Positions 53,130 to 61,079 of a stretch of DNA of 64,000 nucleotides are shown here, in pieces (positions within the stretch are counted from its first letter, which is position 1; every line of letters starts with the position of its first letter). Position numbers and translations under genes: made by a program. Under the pieces are notes generated by a model. It was not told where the DNA came from. It worked only from the letters and a program-made list of their open reading frames with translations, and searched no databases. Origin of the DNA: Alphaproteobacteria bacterium (GTDB lineage Bacteria; Pseudomonadota; Alphaproteobacteria; Micavibrionales; Micavibrionaceae); NCBI GenBank assembly GCA_023301585.1, contig JAMASZ010000056.1, forward strand, positions 729-64,728, in the 5' to 3' direction.

Positions 53130-53972
53130 TCACGACAAACATTTTTTTACTTGGTCGACGACGGCCGATGATTTCGTTTCGTGAGTCAGTCCCTTCTGAT
53201 CGGAGTATCTCAGGACAAAGTCTGCCATGTTTGTTTCTCCCGCGGTGGATTTGAGGAGTATGCAGTTGGGCAGCACGCAGTGTCCACCGATGACGTTTTT
53301 GCCGTCCTCGTTCTCAGGGACGGGTGTTAACACGGGCCGGCAGACATTGGGCTTCCCGAGGGCCGTGTAGCCGGAGTTGTACCCCGTCTGCCAACGGGTA
53401 AACACTTTTGAAAAGTCTACGCCGTATGCGTCACACATCCGCGACACGTCTGTTATGGCGGCGATGCTGACACCGTACAGCGTGGTCGAGACCACTTTTG
53501 CCAGCTCGGACTCCTTCGCTCGACACAGGACAGGTTTCATCCCCAGAGATTTGACATGGTCCGTCAGTCGATCGGTCACCGACTCGTCTTTGAAAAACAT
53601 GTCGCTGACGCCGACGTACTTCTCGAACGCCATTAAACCCTCGGTGAGGTTGGGATGGACGCCTCGGACGGGCGAGTGGGCGCAGACTACGTGCGGCAAA
53701 TCGTTCTGCAATAGATCGGTGCACCCCACCCCGATTGTCGATTGGATTATCAAGACACAGCCAGTGCACAAGTCCAGGTCTTTGAGAGTGGAGACGAATT
53801 TGTCGTACCCGTGGAAGGGTATGCATACATTTACAATTTCACATGCAGATAGACTGCGACACAGGCCCTGGAACGGATCCCGGACGACAATGTCCTCGAA
53901 ACCAGCCTGTTCGTAGACCTTGAGGAGAGACGACCCAATTTCCCCGTTCCCCAAAAGCCCAACCGAATGCAT
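53130..53972 (-). CDS. NDP-sugar (UDP-glucose/GDP-mannose family) dehydrogenase-like protein lacking the C-terminal domain
   Basis: Track start is TTG; first ATG 53972. Rossmann VGLLGNGEIGSSL; IIQSTIGVGCT; central-domain helix ESELAKVVSTTLYGVSIAAITDVSRMCDAYGVDF; catalytic-Cys region VIGGHCVLPN. Only 280 aa. Confidence 0.65.
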   Translation of the reverse strand: MHSVGLLGNGEIGSSLLKVYEQAGFEDIVVRDPFQGLCRSLSACEIVNVCIPFHGYDKFVSTLKDLDLCTGCVLIIQSTIGVGCTDLLQNDLPHVVCAHSPVRGVHPNLTEGLMAFEKYVGVSDMFFKDESVTDRLTDHVKSLGMKPVLCRAKESELAKVVSTTLYGVSIAAITDVSRMCDAYGVDFSKVFTRWQTGYNSGYTALGKPNVCRPVLTPVPENEDGKNVIGGHCVLPNCILLKSTAGETNMADFVLRYSDQKGLTHETKSSAVVDQVKKCLS

Positions 53973-54026
53973 TATCGTCTTTCTTGTCTTTCTTTTGATG
54001 ACACGTACACACAAAAAAAACTCAAT

Positions 54027-54941
54027 TTATGTCGACGAGAATGACACTGGCGTCATCTGCGAAATGTCAGCTTCAGAGATGTCCATGGAGTCCGCGGCGT
54101 ACGATGTGATTTTCGGAGCGGTAACGTTGCCATCGGACACGATACCTTCCCATTGCACAATGATCCGCCGAAGAAAGTCTCCTTTTTGGTTGGCATTGTT
54201 TTTTACGGCACCGTTGCCGTACACCCCAAGCATGTCTGAAATCACCGCCCGGACGGCTGGGTCTGGGAATCGTGCGAGCGCGGCAAAGGTGTTGTCGGCC
54301 AAGTTGTGTTCGTCGTTTCTGGCGTGAACGTCCCCCGGCCTAGTGCCGAGAAAAGCGTCCAGCAGACTGACGGCCAGAGCATAGATGTCGTGCGTGCTGT
54401 CGACCACGGGATTTGGCATGGGCATGTACCCAGGCGTCCCACTGAACCTTTTTTTGTGCATGAACTTCGCACACGTGGACGCGAGTCCCACGTCACCGAG
54501 AGCGGCCTTCGTGATGCTTCCCGTCGCGTCGGTGTTGACGAGGATGTTGTCGGGCTTTATGTCACCGTGGACGACGCACTTGCCGTGAAGGTGCATGTAC
54601 GCAATCCCTCTCATGCAATCTCTTCCGACCACCGCCACGTCGTCGAGCGTGCGGAGTTTTTTCGCGCTGCCCTTGTACATGTCCATCACAATGTACTCCG
54701 AGTTGAACGCAACCATGCATACGATGTTGGGGTGGCTGAGATTTTTGAGAATTCCAATCTCTCCCAACAGTTCCTCCTTCGCCTGTCGACGGACTTCCTT
54801 CATCTGGTTCTTCCCGGTCAAGAGCTCCTTGACAGCAACGGGTGCGCTGCAATAGAGCGCCCTCTTGACGTTGCCGAAAGCCCCTCTTCCTAGAAACTCT
54901 TGTTCTGGATATGGCCATCGCTTCAACTCGGCGACGTTCAT
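54027..54941 (-). CDS. Protein kinase (Ser/Thr or dual-specificity)
   Basis: ATG 54941. GRGAFGNV, VAVKEL, HGDIKPDNILV, LGDVGLA (DFG variant), GTPGYMP. Confidence 0.85.
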   Translation of the reverse strand: MNVAELKRWPYPEQEFLGRGAFGNVKRALYCSAPVAVKELLTGKNQMKEVRRQAKEELLGEIGILKNLSHPNIVCMVAFNSEYIVMDMYKGSAKKLRTLDDVAVVGRDCMRGIAYMHLHGKCVVHGDIKPDNILVNTDATGSITKAALGDVGLASTCAKFMHKKRFSGTPGYMPMPNPVVDSTHDIYALAVSLLDAFLGTRPGDVHARNDEHNLADNTFAALARFPDPAVRAVISDMLGVYGNGAVKNNANQKGDFLRRIIVQWEGIVSDGNVTAPKITSYAADSMDISEADISQMTPVSFSST

Positions 54942-55015
54942 TATTGTGACACTAACTGACTATACCGGACACAAGGTACGAGCATTTTATTTTTGTTCAG
55001 CACTCTTTTCGCAAA

Positions 55016-55657
55016 TCACATAAACTCGCAGATCCGATTGACTACACTCTTCGGCAGCAACAATAAGCTTGTCGCAAACGCGCTTTCGTACGGTCCGGCA
55101 AGCTCCATGTACGCGCGCTTGATCGGAAGCGACCTTCGCCAGTTCCCCTCGCCGTTCCAGAATTGGTTGAGGTGTGTGCCCATCTGGGCAACGGTGCCGC
55201 CCATCTCCATGTACTTGATGGAAATTTCTACATCGCGGGGGAACACGGCGTCTCTGTCGTACAGCTTGCACCCGTACGCCGTCCATATGTGCTGCATCAT
55301 GTCGGGCGAGGTGCAGTGACAGTAAGGCCTCGTCAGATCGAATACCGACCCGCCTTGCTCCACACAAAAGTCGAGAGCCTCGGTGCTCGATGAACGAATG
55401 GCAGAAGACACGCTCGTCTTAGCGTTTATGGGGACTTTGTGACGAACGCAGTTGCGCAGAATATCTACTCTACCCGTTTCCCACGCGGTGAACACCACGG
55501 GCTTGGTCAAAAGCTCCTTGGCATCCAAGACGTGGACGATGTTGTTGTCGTCGGCCGTGGCCATCATGTAGATTCGTAAGAATCGAAAGACACGACTGTC
55601 GTTGCTGAGCACCATCGACCGAACTTCGCGTACCGCGTCGTCGCATAGCACGACCAT
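55016..55657 (-). CDS. Hypothetical protein with ankyrin-like repeats
   Basis: ATG 55657, 213 aa. AWETGRVDILRNCVRHKVPIN, AIRSSSTEALDFCVEQGGSV. Confidence 0.45.
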   Translation of the reverse strand: MVVLCDDAVREVRSMVLSNDSRVFRFLRIYMMATADDNNIVHVLDAKELLTKPVVFTAWETGRVDILRNCVRHKVPINAKTSVSSAIRSSSTEALDFCVEQGGSVFDLTRPYCHCTSPDMMQHIWTAYGCKLYDRDAVFPRDVEISIKYMEMGGTVAQMGTHLNQFWNGEGNWRRSLPIKRAYMELAGPYESAFATSLLLLPKSVVNRICEFM

Positions 55658-55740
55658 TCATTTCCTTCGCGCACTGTTTGCAAACAAAATATTTGCACAA
55701 AAATATAAAATGTTGTCCAATCAACATCAAACATCAAACC

Positions 55741-56391
55741 ATGGAGAACGCATCGCCTAACCTTTACGACGCCATCGGTGTGGGCGTGGACGCTTCTTCT
55801 GACAAAATCAAGAAGAAGACACGCAAGCTCATCCGCGAGGTCAAGGAATCCGACAAAAACAACTCGGCCAAGAACGAGCTCATTCGTTTCTTCAAAAGCG
55901 CACGAGAGACTCTGTGTGACGCCCGCGCGAGACGAGAGTACGATAGCTCGATCGGGATCGATACCGTCGGCAGTGACAACGGTGTTGATTCCGAATTTTC
56001 CAACACCGAGTCAATGATCCCGTTCGCGACAACGCAGCCCTTCCGTCAGCCGTTCGGTGCGCTAGGTGCTTTCGGTAGTCTCGGTAGTCTCGGCGACCTC
56101 CTTCGTCCCCTCGAGTCTTCTTCATCATCACCATCGTCAATGTCGTCGGCGTCGGCGGCGTTGGCAGGATTTCTCGGGACGGGCATTGAAGATATGTTTT
56201 CGTCAAGTATTATACCGGAGGAGCTGTCGTCTTCGGCCGGCGGTCGGTCTTTGAAATCGGGAACGTTTCATATATTGGAATACACCAAGGTCAGAAACCC
56301 CGATGGGGGTTTCGACGAGTTCGGGTTCACGCGTCAGGGCGACACGAGAAACGATCGTGTCACGGAGAAACGATTCGAGCGCAAATCTTGA
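55741..56391 (+). CDS. J-domain-like protein lacking the HPD tripeptide
   Basis: Track start is not ATG; ATG 55741 (MENASPNLYDAIGVGVDASSDKIKKKTRKLIREVKESDKN..FFKSARETLCDARARREYD). J-domain helix pattern, but KES replaces HPD. Confidence 0.55.
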   Translation: MENASPNLYDAIGVGVDASSDKIKKKTRKLIREVKESDKNNSAKNELIRFFKSARETLCDARARREYDSSIGIDTVGSDNGVDSEFSNTESMIPFATTQPFRQPFGALGAFGSLGSLGDLLRPLESSSSSPSSMSSASAALAGFLGTGIEDMFSSSIIPEELSSSAGGRSLKSGTFHILEYTKVRNPDGGFDEFGFTRQGDTRNDRVTEKRFERKS

Positions 56392-56459
56392 ACATTGATG
56401 TTAACACCAAACAAATTAGATTTTAAATGATGCGAGGATGAAGACATCTCCGATGCCAG

Positions 56460-56909
56460 ATGCCTTCTCTTCCCAACCCGACTGCTACAACAAGACGGTC
56501 ACGAAAAAGACCAAAACGATCAAGACGGACGGGGAAGGAATCATACAACGAAAGGGACGACTGTCGGTATGAACGACCCGTCGAGAGCGCCGCGTCCGCC
56601 GTGACGGACGAGGAGAGGGCCTTTTTTTTCGAGTGGGCCACAAAAAGAAATTTGGAGAAACAGTACGTAGTTTTATCAATCACTTACTGGATGCGAGTCC
56701 GGTCAAAAATATGGACCTGTTTTTTGCAGCGCCCGAAAGAGCTGTACATGATAGTGTGCATCCACATAGCACTCAAGTGGCTCGGGTACGACGAGGTGAT
56801 GAAATGCAACTTTGTCAAAGACTTGCGGGAGATCGCGCCGACTACCAAGGAGGTGCATCAGGAAATGGAGTTCTTGATCTTGAGCGAACTTGGCTGGGAT
56901 TTACAGTGA
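56460..56909 (+). CDS. Single cyclin-box-like protein
   Basis: ATG 56460, 149 aa. Basic N-terminus, then AFFFEWATKRNLEKQYVVLSITYWMRV..LYMIVCIHIALKWLGYDEVM..FVKDL..TKEVHQEMEFLILSELGWDL, which parallels the cyclin N-terminal fold (..ME..IL..L.FDL). Confidence 0.45.
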   Translation: MPSLPNPTATTRRSRKRPKRSRRTGKESYNERDDCRYERPVESAASAVTDEERAFFFEWATKRNLEKQYVVLSITYWMRVRSKIWTCFLQRPKELYMIVCIHIALKWLGYDEVMKCNFVKDLREIAPTTKEVHQEMEFLILSELGWDLQ

Positions 56910-56924
56910 TTGATTTTGATTTGA

Positions 56925-57779
56925 TTACGACGTTGTGTCTCCGTTGCAGAAAATCTTGGTGTTTGATTTTGATGTGGTCACCACAATTGGCATTTTTTCT
57001 TGGTATCGACCAAGGGGGTCGAGGAACGTCAAGACGTTTTTCTCGAGGCACGGGTCGTCTTCAACGCTGGCGTAAAAGTCGCGTCGGAGTCCAGCGGACT
57101 CCTTGGCCTCCGGTCCGTACAGCATCCTGCCGTTGTCCTCGACAAAGTTGGCTCGGATGATGCGAGGGACGCTCAGACCCCGCCGGACAGCGGTCGTTGA
57201 TGCGTACGGCGGGAAACGGAAGGCCTGTGACAGCTTGCACTTGTACCTCGCGGTGAACACCTCCGATGGGTACCTCTTTATCACATTGCTGTGTCCGCGA
57301 TAACGGATACGCGTGACCACGGTGGCCTCGTGGTCCTGGTCCTTGAGGCGGAGGAGCTCGAGCAACAAGTTGATTGGAGTCTCGATACGCACCCCGTCGC
57401 CGAAGGCCCATATTTCTGAAAGAATGGTGGTGATGTCGTGGTCCGTGACGTTGTCGCCGCCGATGACCGTCGACACCGCCTGCAGAATCTGGATCGATGC
57501 GTGCCCAGCCGAAGTGTCCTGGTGGGCTCGTTCGGCATCAACCCTGAGCAAGGCGTCCAGGACTTTCACCAAAGGGGTCGCCAGCCTGGTCCTCTTCTCC
57601 CAGACGTACGCGGACCGAAGGGCCGCGGCATACCTTGTTGCCCTGGCGAGCGCGAAGGCGGTGATCACAATGGCATCGGAAACGACTCGCGAAAGCACGT
57701 TGCGCACAGGAGACGGAAGGCATTTCGTTCCAAAATAGTAGATCCCGACGGCGAGAATCGGAGCGTAAACCAGAAACAT
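56925..57779 (-). CDS. Hypothetical protein with N-terminal TM anchor
   Basis: ATG 57779, 284 aa (MFLVYAPILAVGIYYFG..). Confidence 0.5.
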   Translation of the reverse strand: MFLVYAPILAVGIYYFGTKCLPSPVRNVLSRVVSDAIVITAFALARATRYAAALRSAYVWEKRTRLATPLVKVLDALLRVDAERAHQDTSAGHASIQILQAVSTVIGGDNVTDHDITTILSEIWAFGDGVRIETPINLLLELLRLKDQDHEATVVTRIRYRGHSNVIKRYPSEVFTARYKCKLSQAFRFPPYASTTAVRRGLSVPRIIRANFVEDNGRMLYGPEAKESAGLRRDFYASVEDDPCLEKNVLTFLDPLGRYQEKMPIVVTTSKSNTKIFCNGDTTS

Positions 57780-57886
57780 TTTTGGAATTCTTTGAATGGA
57801 GTTGACATTTTAAAGTTTGCATTCCGGACGTGTTTGACGCAATTAAATATTGTGTCTGAAGGTAAAGGTAGATCAGTCGTCAGTCG

Positions 57887-58879
57887 ATGAACGATCGACG
57901 GGTGCTTGATGAAATTGTGGGGGTCGGGACAAGCAGCGCGATATCTGGGCCATGGCGATTGACCGTGTGGGATTCTTCGACCTCCGGGAAAATCTATGTC
58001 TTTAGCGAGGAGCATGCCAACAAGGGTTCCTGTCCTGAGAACCGACACTTTTCTGCTCTCGCATCCGAGATTCTTCGGAAGACGAGACGTGTGCACGTGT
58101 TGGTGGAGAATTTTATTCACGCAAACAACATTGAGACCCCCAAGACGGGTTCCAATACCTCGATAGAGGAAGCGTGCTCGCCCGTCGATGTCGGCATCCT
58201 CAACAACCTGAGAAACTGCCTCGAGGTGATGAGGATCAACTCTCGGCACTGTCCCGATGGGTGTGACAAACGCATACACTTCATCGATCCTCGCGTAGAC
58301 TTGGTATCGGTTCTCCCGGACGGAAAACTGTTTGAGGCAATATCACACTACGCCCACTTCAAGGCGTCTCAGAACCAGTTCGATGAGGCCGTGTTGACGA
58401 TATTCGAGTCCATTGTTCACCCTCTCTCGAGTCTCTTGCCAGACAGGAAAAATCTCAGGGGAAGGCTCGTGGGGACGTTTGACACATTCCGGAGTAGAAT
58501 GACGAACGCCCAGAGGGTCACGTTCGACAAGATATGGGCCAGGGATATAACGGGGGGTATCGTAGACATTAACTCCAGGTACATTAGGCTGAACGAGACA
58601 TACTCGTCGAAGACCAAGGGTCCCCCATCGCTCAGCGGCTTCCTCACAGAGGTAGAAGAAATGAAGCAGGTTTACAAACGCTACACCAACAAATTTATGG
58701 ACATCTGGCTCCTTGCTCACATCTTCATGATCCAAAACATGGCAGATTGTAACGGAATGGTGATGTACCTAGGGTCTCTTCACGGCCTTGAGATAGAAAA
58801 ACATCTCAGTCTTCATGGCTTTCGCAAACTGTACCACACGGAAAGCCAAAACTTAGAGTCATGCCTTCTCTTGAGATAA
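57887..58879 (+). CDS. Hypothetical protein
   Basis: ATG 57887, 330 aa. No family recognised. Confidence 0.55.
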   Translation: MNDRRVLDEIVGVGTSSAISGPWRLTVWDSSTSGKIYVFSEEHANKGSCPENRHFSALASEILRKTRRVHVLVENFIHANNIETPKTGSNTSIEEACSPVDVGILNNLRNCLEVMRINSRHCPDGCDKRIHFIDPRVDLVSVLPDGKLFEAISHYAHFKASQNQFDEAVLTIFESIVHPLSSLLPDRKNLRGRLVGTFDTFRSRMTNAQRVTFDKIWARDITGGIVDINSRYIRLNETYSSKTKGPPSLSGFLTEVEEMKQVYKRYTNKFMDIWLLAHIFMIQNMADCNGMVMYLGSLHGLEIEKHLSLHGFRKLYHTESQNLESCLLLR

Positions 58880-58886
58880 AATTGGC

Positions 58887-59792
58887 TTAGTTGAACTCTT
58901 GTTCGTCCTCGTCCTCGTCTCCCTCTTCTTCCTCGGCGTCTTCGCTTCCCTCCCCTTCGTCTTCGGCGGAAGAAGGCGACCTCTTGCGCTTGCCGTCGGA
59001 CGACCCGGTGTCGTCACCGTCGCCGTCGCCGTCGCCGTCACCGTCACCGTCACCGTCACCGTCTTCCTTTTTGGTGTCTTGGAAGTCGTCCATGTCCGTG
59101 AACTGAAACTCCGCCTCCTTGGCCTTTGGCTCGACCAGAACAAACTTAACGATCCAAGAAATGCCAATCATCATGGGAGTACACCACACATACGAAGCCT
59201 CTGCGATCACGCTAGCAAGGCATCCGCCTTTGAGCTCCGATGGGGAGACGGGGGTCTTGTCCTTTCGGAAAACGACAATTTTCATGTCCATGGCTTCGTT
59301 GACGTCGTCCGACGAAGGGTTCTTGCCCTCCTGGAGCGGAATCTTCCCTTGGAATGTCGGGGGGTACTTGTCGTTCGTCGATGGCTTGACCGAGGGCTGG
59401 AAGACGGCGTCAATCTTGCTCGGATCCATGGCCTTTTGCCAGAGGTCTGACTTGTTTTCAGCCGCGAGCTCCTTGACTCTCTTGTCCACGCCGTTGAGAA
59501 ACCTGAAGAACCGCCGAAGCTTGCCGTCATCAGATGGGTCGTCGCCCATCCCCTGGAACGACAGCGCGATCTTGGAAGAACACTGCCCGTTCTCCTCGTT
59601 CCTCCTGATCTCGGTGTTCCACGGGATCGTCATCGCCGGAGTCTCCGCAACCAGGCGTCGTCCGTTGGTTCCCACCAGGGTCGCAAACTTCATCCCGTTC
59701 TTTCCCGGACGAATTCCGTCGAACTTGAGCGATGCAAAGTCAACATCGGGAAACGTCTTGTAGGTGAGGTTCGTGTTCATCCTGCCGGCCAT
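58887..59792 (-). CDS. Probable ssDNA-binding protein (T7 gp2.5-like NCLDV SSB) with acidic C-terminal tail
   Basis: Track start is TTG; first ATG 59792 (MAGRMNTNLTYKTFPDVDF..). About 230-aa OB-like body, then (GD)n and the tail EDAEEEEGDEDEDEQEFN with a penultimate aromatic. Family call from memory. Confidence 0.5.
   Translation of the reverse strand: MAGRMNTNLTYKTFPDVDFASLKFDGIRPGKNGMKFATLVGTNGRRLVAETPAMTIPWNTEIRRNEENGQCSSKIALSFQGMGDDPSDDGKLRRFFRFLNGVDKRVKELAAENKSDLWQKAMDPSKIDAVFQPSVKPSTNDKYPPTFQGKIPLQEGKNPSSDDVNEAMDMKIVVFRKDKTPVSPSELKGGCLASVIAEASYVWCTPMMIGISWIVKFVLVEPKAKEAEFQFTDMDDFQDTKKEDGDGDGDGDGDGDGDGDDTGSSDGKRKRSPSSAEDEGEGSEDAEEEEGDEDEDEQEFN
59009..59063. repeat. (GTCRCC)n hexamer repeat
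   Basis: gtcaccgtcgccgtcgccgtcgccgtcaccgtcaccgtcaccgtcaccgtc; encodes (GD)n on the minus strand. Confidence 0.85.
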
Positions 59793-59953
59793 GTTGCTTG
59801 GAAGATGAATTGTTTTAGAAATGGGGGAGAGGATGAATTGTGACAGATGGGGGCCGGTGCGTCTCTCCAAATCTTTCCCGTAAAAAACCGATTGTTAGTG
59901 GTAAATAACTTTTTGCGGACCTTGCCCCATGGGGGACTTATCTGCAGAGTAGG

Positions 59954-61036
59954 ATGCTCACGGGTTTTGAGAATGCTTCTTTTTTACAGAGTGTAACCAA
60001 GTTCAAGGAATGCTTGGAGGATGGGGTCGATCACTCCACTCGAGACTTCCTCGGACGCACGCCAATCTTCGGCCTTCGATTCTGCGCCAAGGCTTCGGTG
60101 GACGACTTCGTTGACGTCCTGTGCGCATTCATGAGATTCGGTGCGGATATCAATCACGTTGATTCTTTAGGCGACACGCTTCTTCTCGTGTCGCAGAATG
60201 ACAACCTTGGTACCGCCCTCGTCCGCGTCGGCGCTCACATCAGCTACGAACTTCAGGACTACAGCAAGAGAGGCCTGGCCAATGCGGCCATGTACGGGTG
60301 CACGCGCACGATTGATGAGATGGTGCGGTCTCGTCTTCACCTACCGGATCGGATACGACAGTCACAATTCGATTCTTGCCTTGACCAAGCCGCCAAGGTT
60401 CTGGCGTACAATCCGGCCATGGGTGACATGACCGGTATCGTCAAGCTCATCGTTGACTACGGCGCCAACCCGAACACTTGGAACACTCTGCACTACAGCG
60501 TCAAACGCAACCACGTGCTCGTACAGACGCTCATTTCTCTAGGGGCCAGATGCCACACACTTGCGTGGGATTTTTCCAGAGGAGTCAAGAACACGCCTCT
60601 GCACCGCATCGTGGACATCGTCTCTCTGAGCGTGTTTGAGGCGCTGGTACAGCCCGACACCGACTTCAACGTTCGAGATAGCTCGGGAGCCACTCCGCTG
60701 ATGGCCATGATGAAAACCCTCTTGCACCCGGACGGAGCCATGCTAGACAAAATGAACTGGTTGATCGAGCGTGGTGCGTCGTGCCTACCTGTTGACAAAA
60801 GCGGAAAAAGAGTATCGGCGATGATTCGTAGCACGTACCCACCATTCAAAACCATGATCTCGGCCAGGATTAGAGAAGAGAACTGGCTCAAGCGCAGGAA
60901 GATATTGTTGCTGAGGCGTCGGCTTGTTGTTGGCATGCACAGGAAGAGATGCAGGCACGGTACGCCCACGTTGGTCGAGAAGGTCGCAAGTTTCCCGATC
61001 GAAGGTGTGTTCCGGCACGTTGTGACGTTCTTGTAA
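59954..61036 (+). CDS. Ankyrin repeat protein
   Basis: ATG 59954. Canonical ANK units (GRTPIF.., LGDTLLLVSQND, WNTLHYSVKRNHVLVQTLISLGA, NTPLHRIV, SGATPLMAMM). Confidence 0.8.
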   Translation: MLTGFENASFLQSVTKFKECLEDGVDHSTRDFLGRTPIFGLRFCAKASVDDFVDVLCAFMRFGADINHVDSLGDTLLLVSQNDNLGTALVRVGAHISYELQDYSKRGLANAAMYGCTRTIDEMVRSRLHLPDRIRQSQFDSCLDQAAKVLAYNPAMGDMTGIVKLIVDYGANPNTWNTLHYSVKRNHVLVQTLISLGARCHTLAWDFSRGVKNTPLHRIVDIVSLSVFEALVQPDTDFNVRDSSGATPLMAMMKTLLHPDGAMLDKMNWLIERGASCLPVDKSGKRVSAMIRSTYPPFKTMISARIREENWLKRRKILLLRRRLVVGMHRKRCRHGTPTLVEKVASFPIEGVFRHVVTFL

Positions 61037-61079
61037 AATGCAAAATTATAATGTTTGCTTATAGTAAAGAAAGAGTGTA

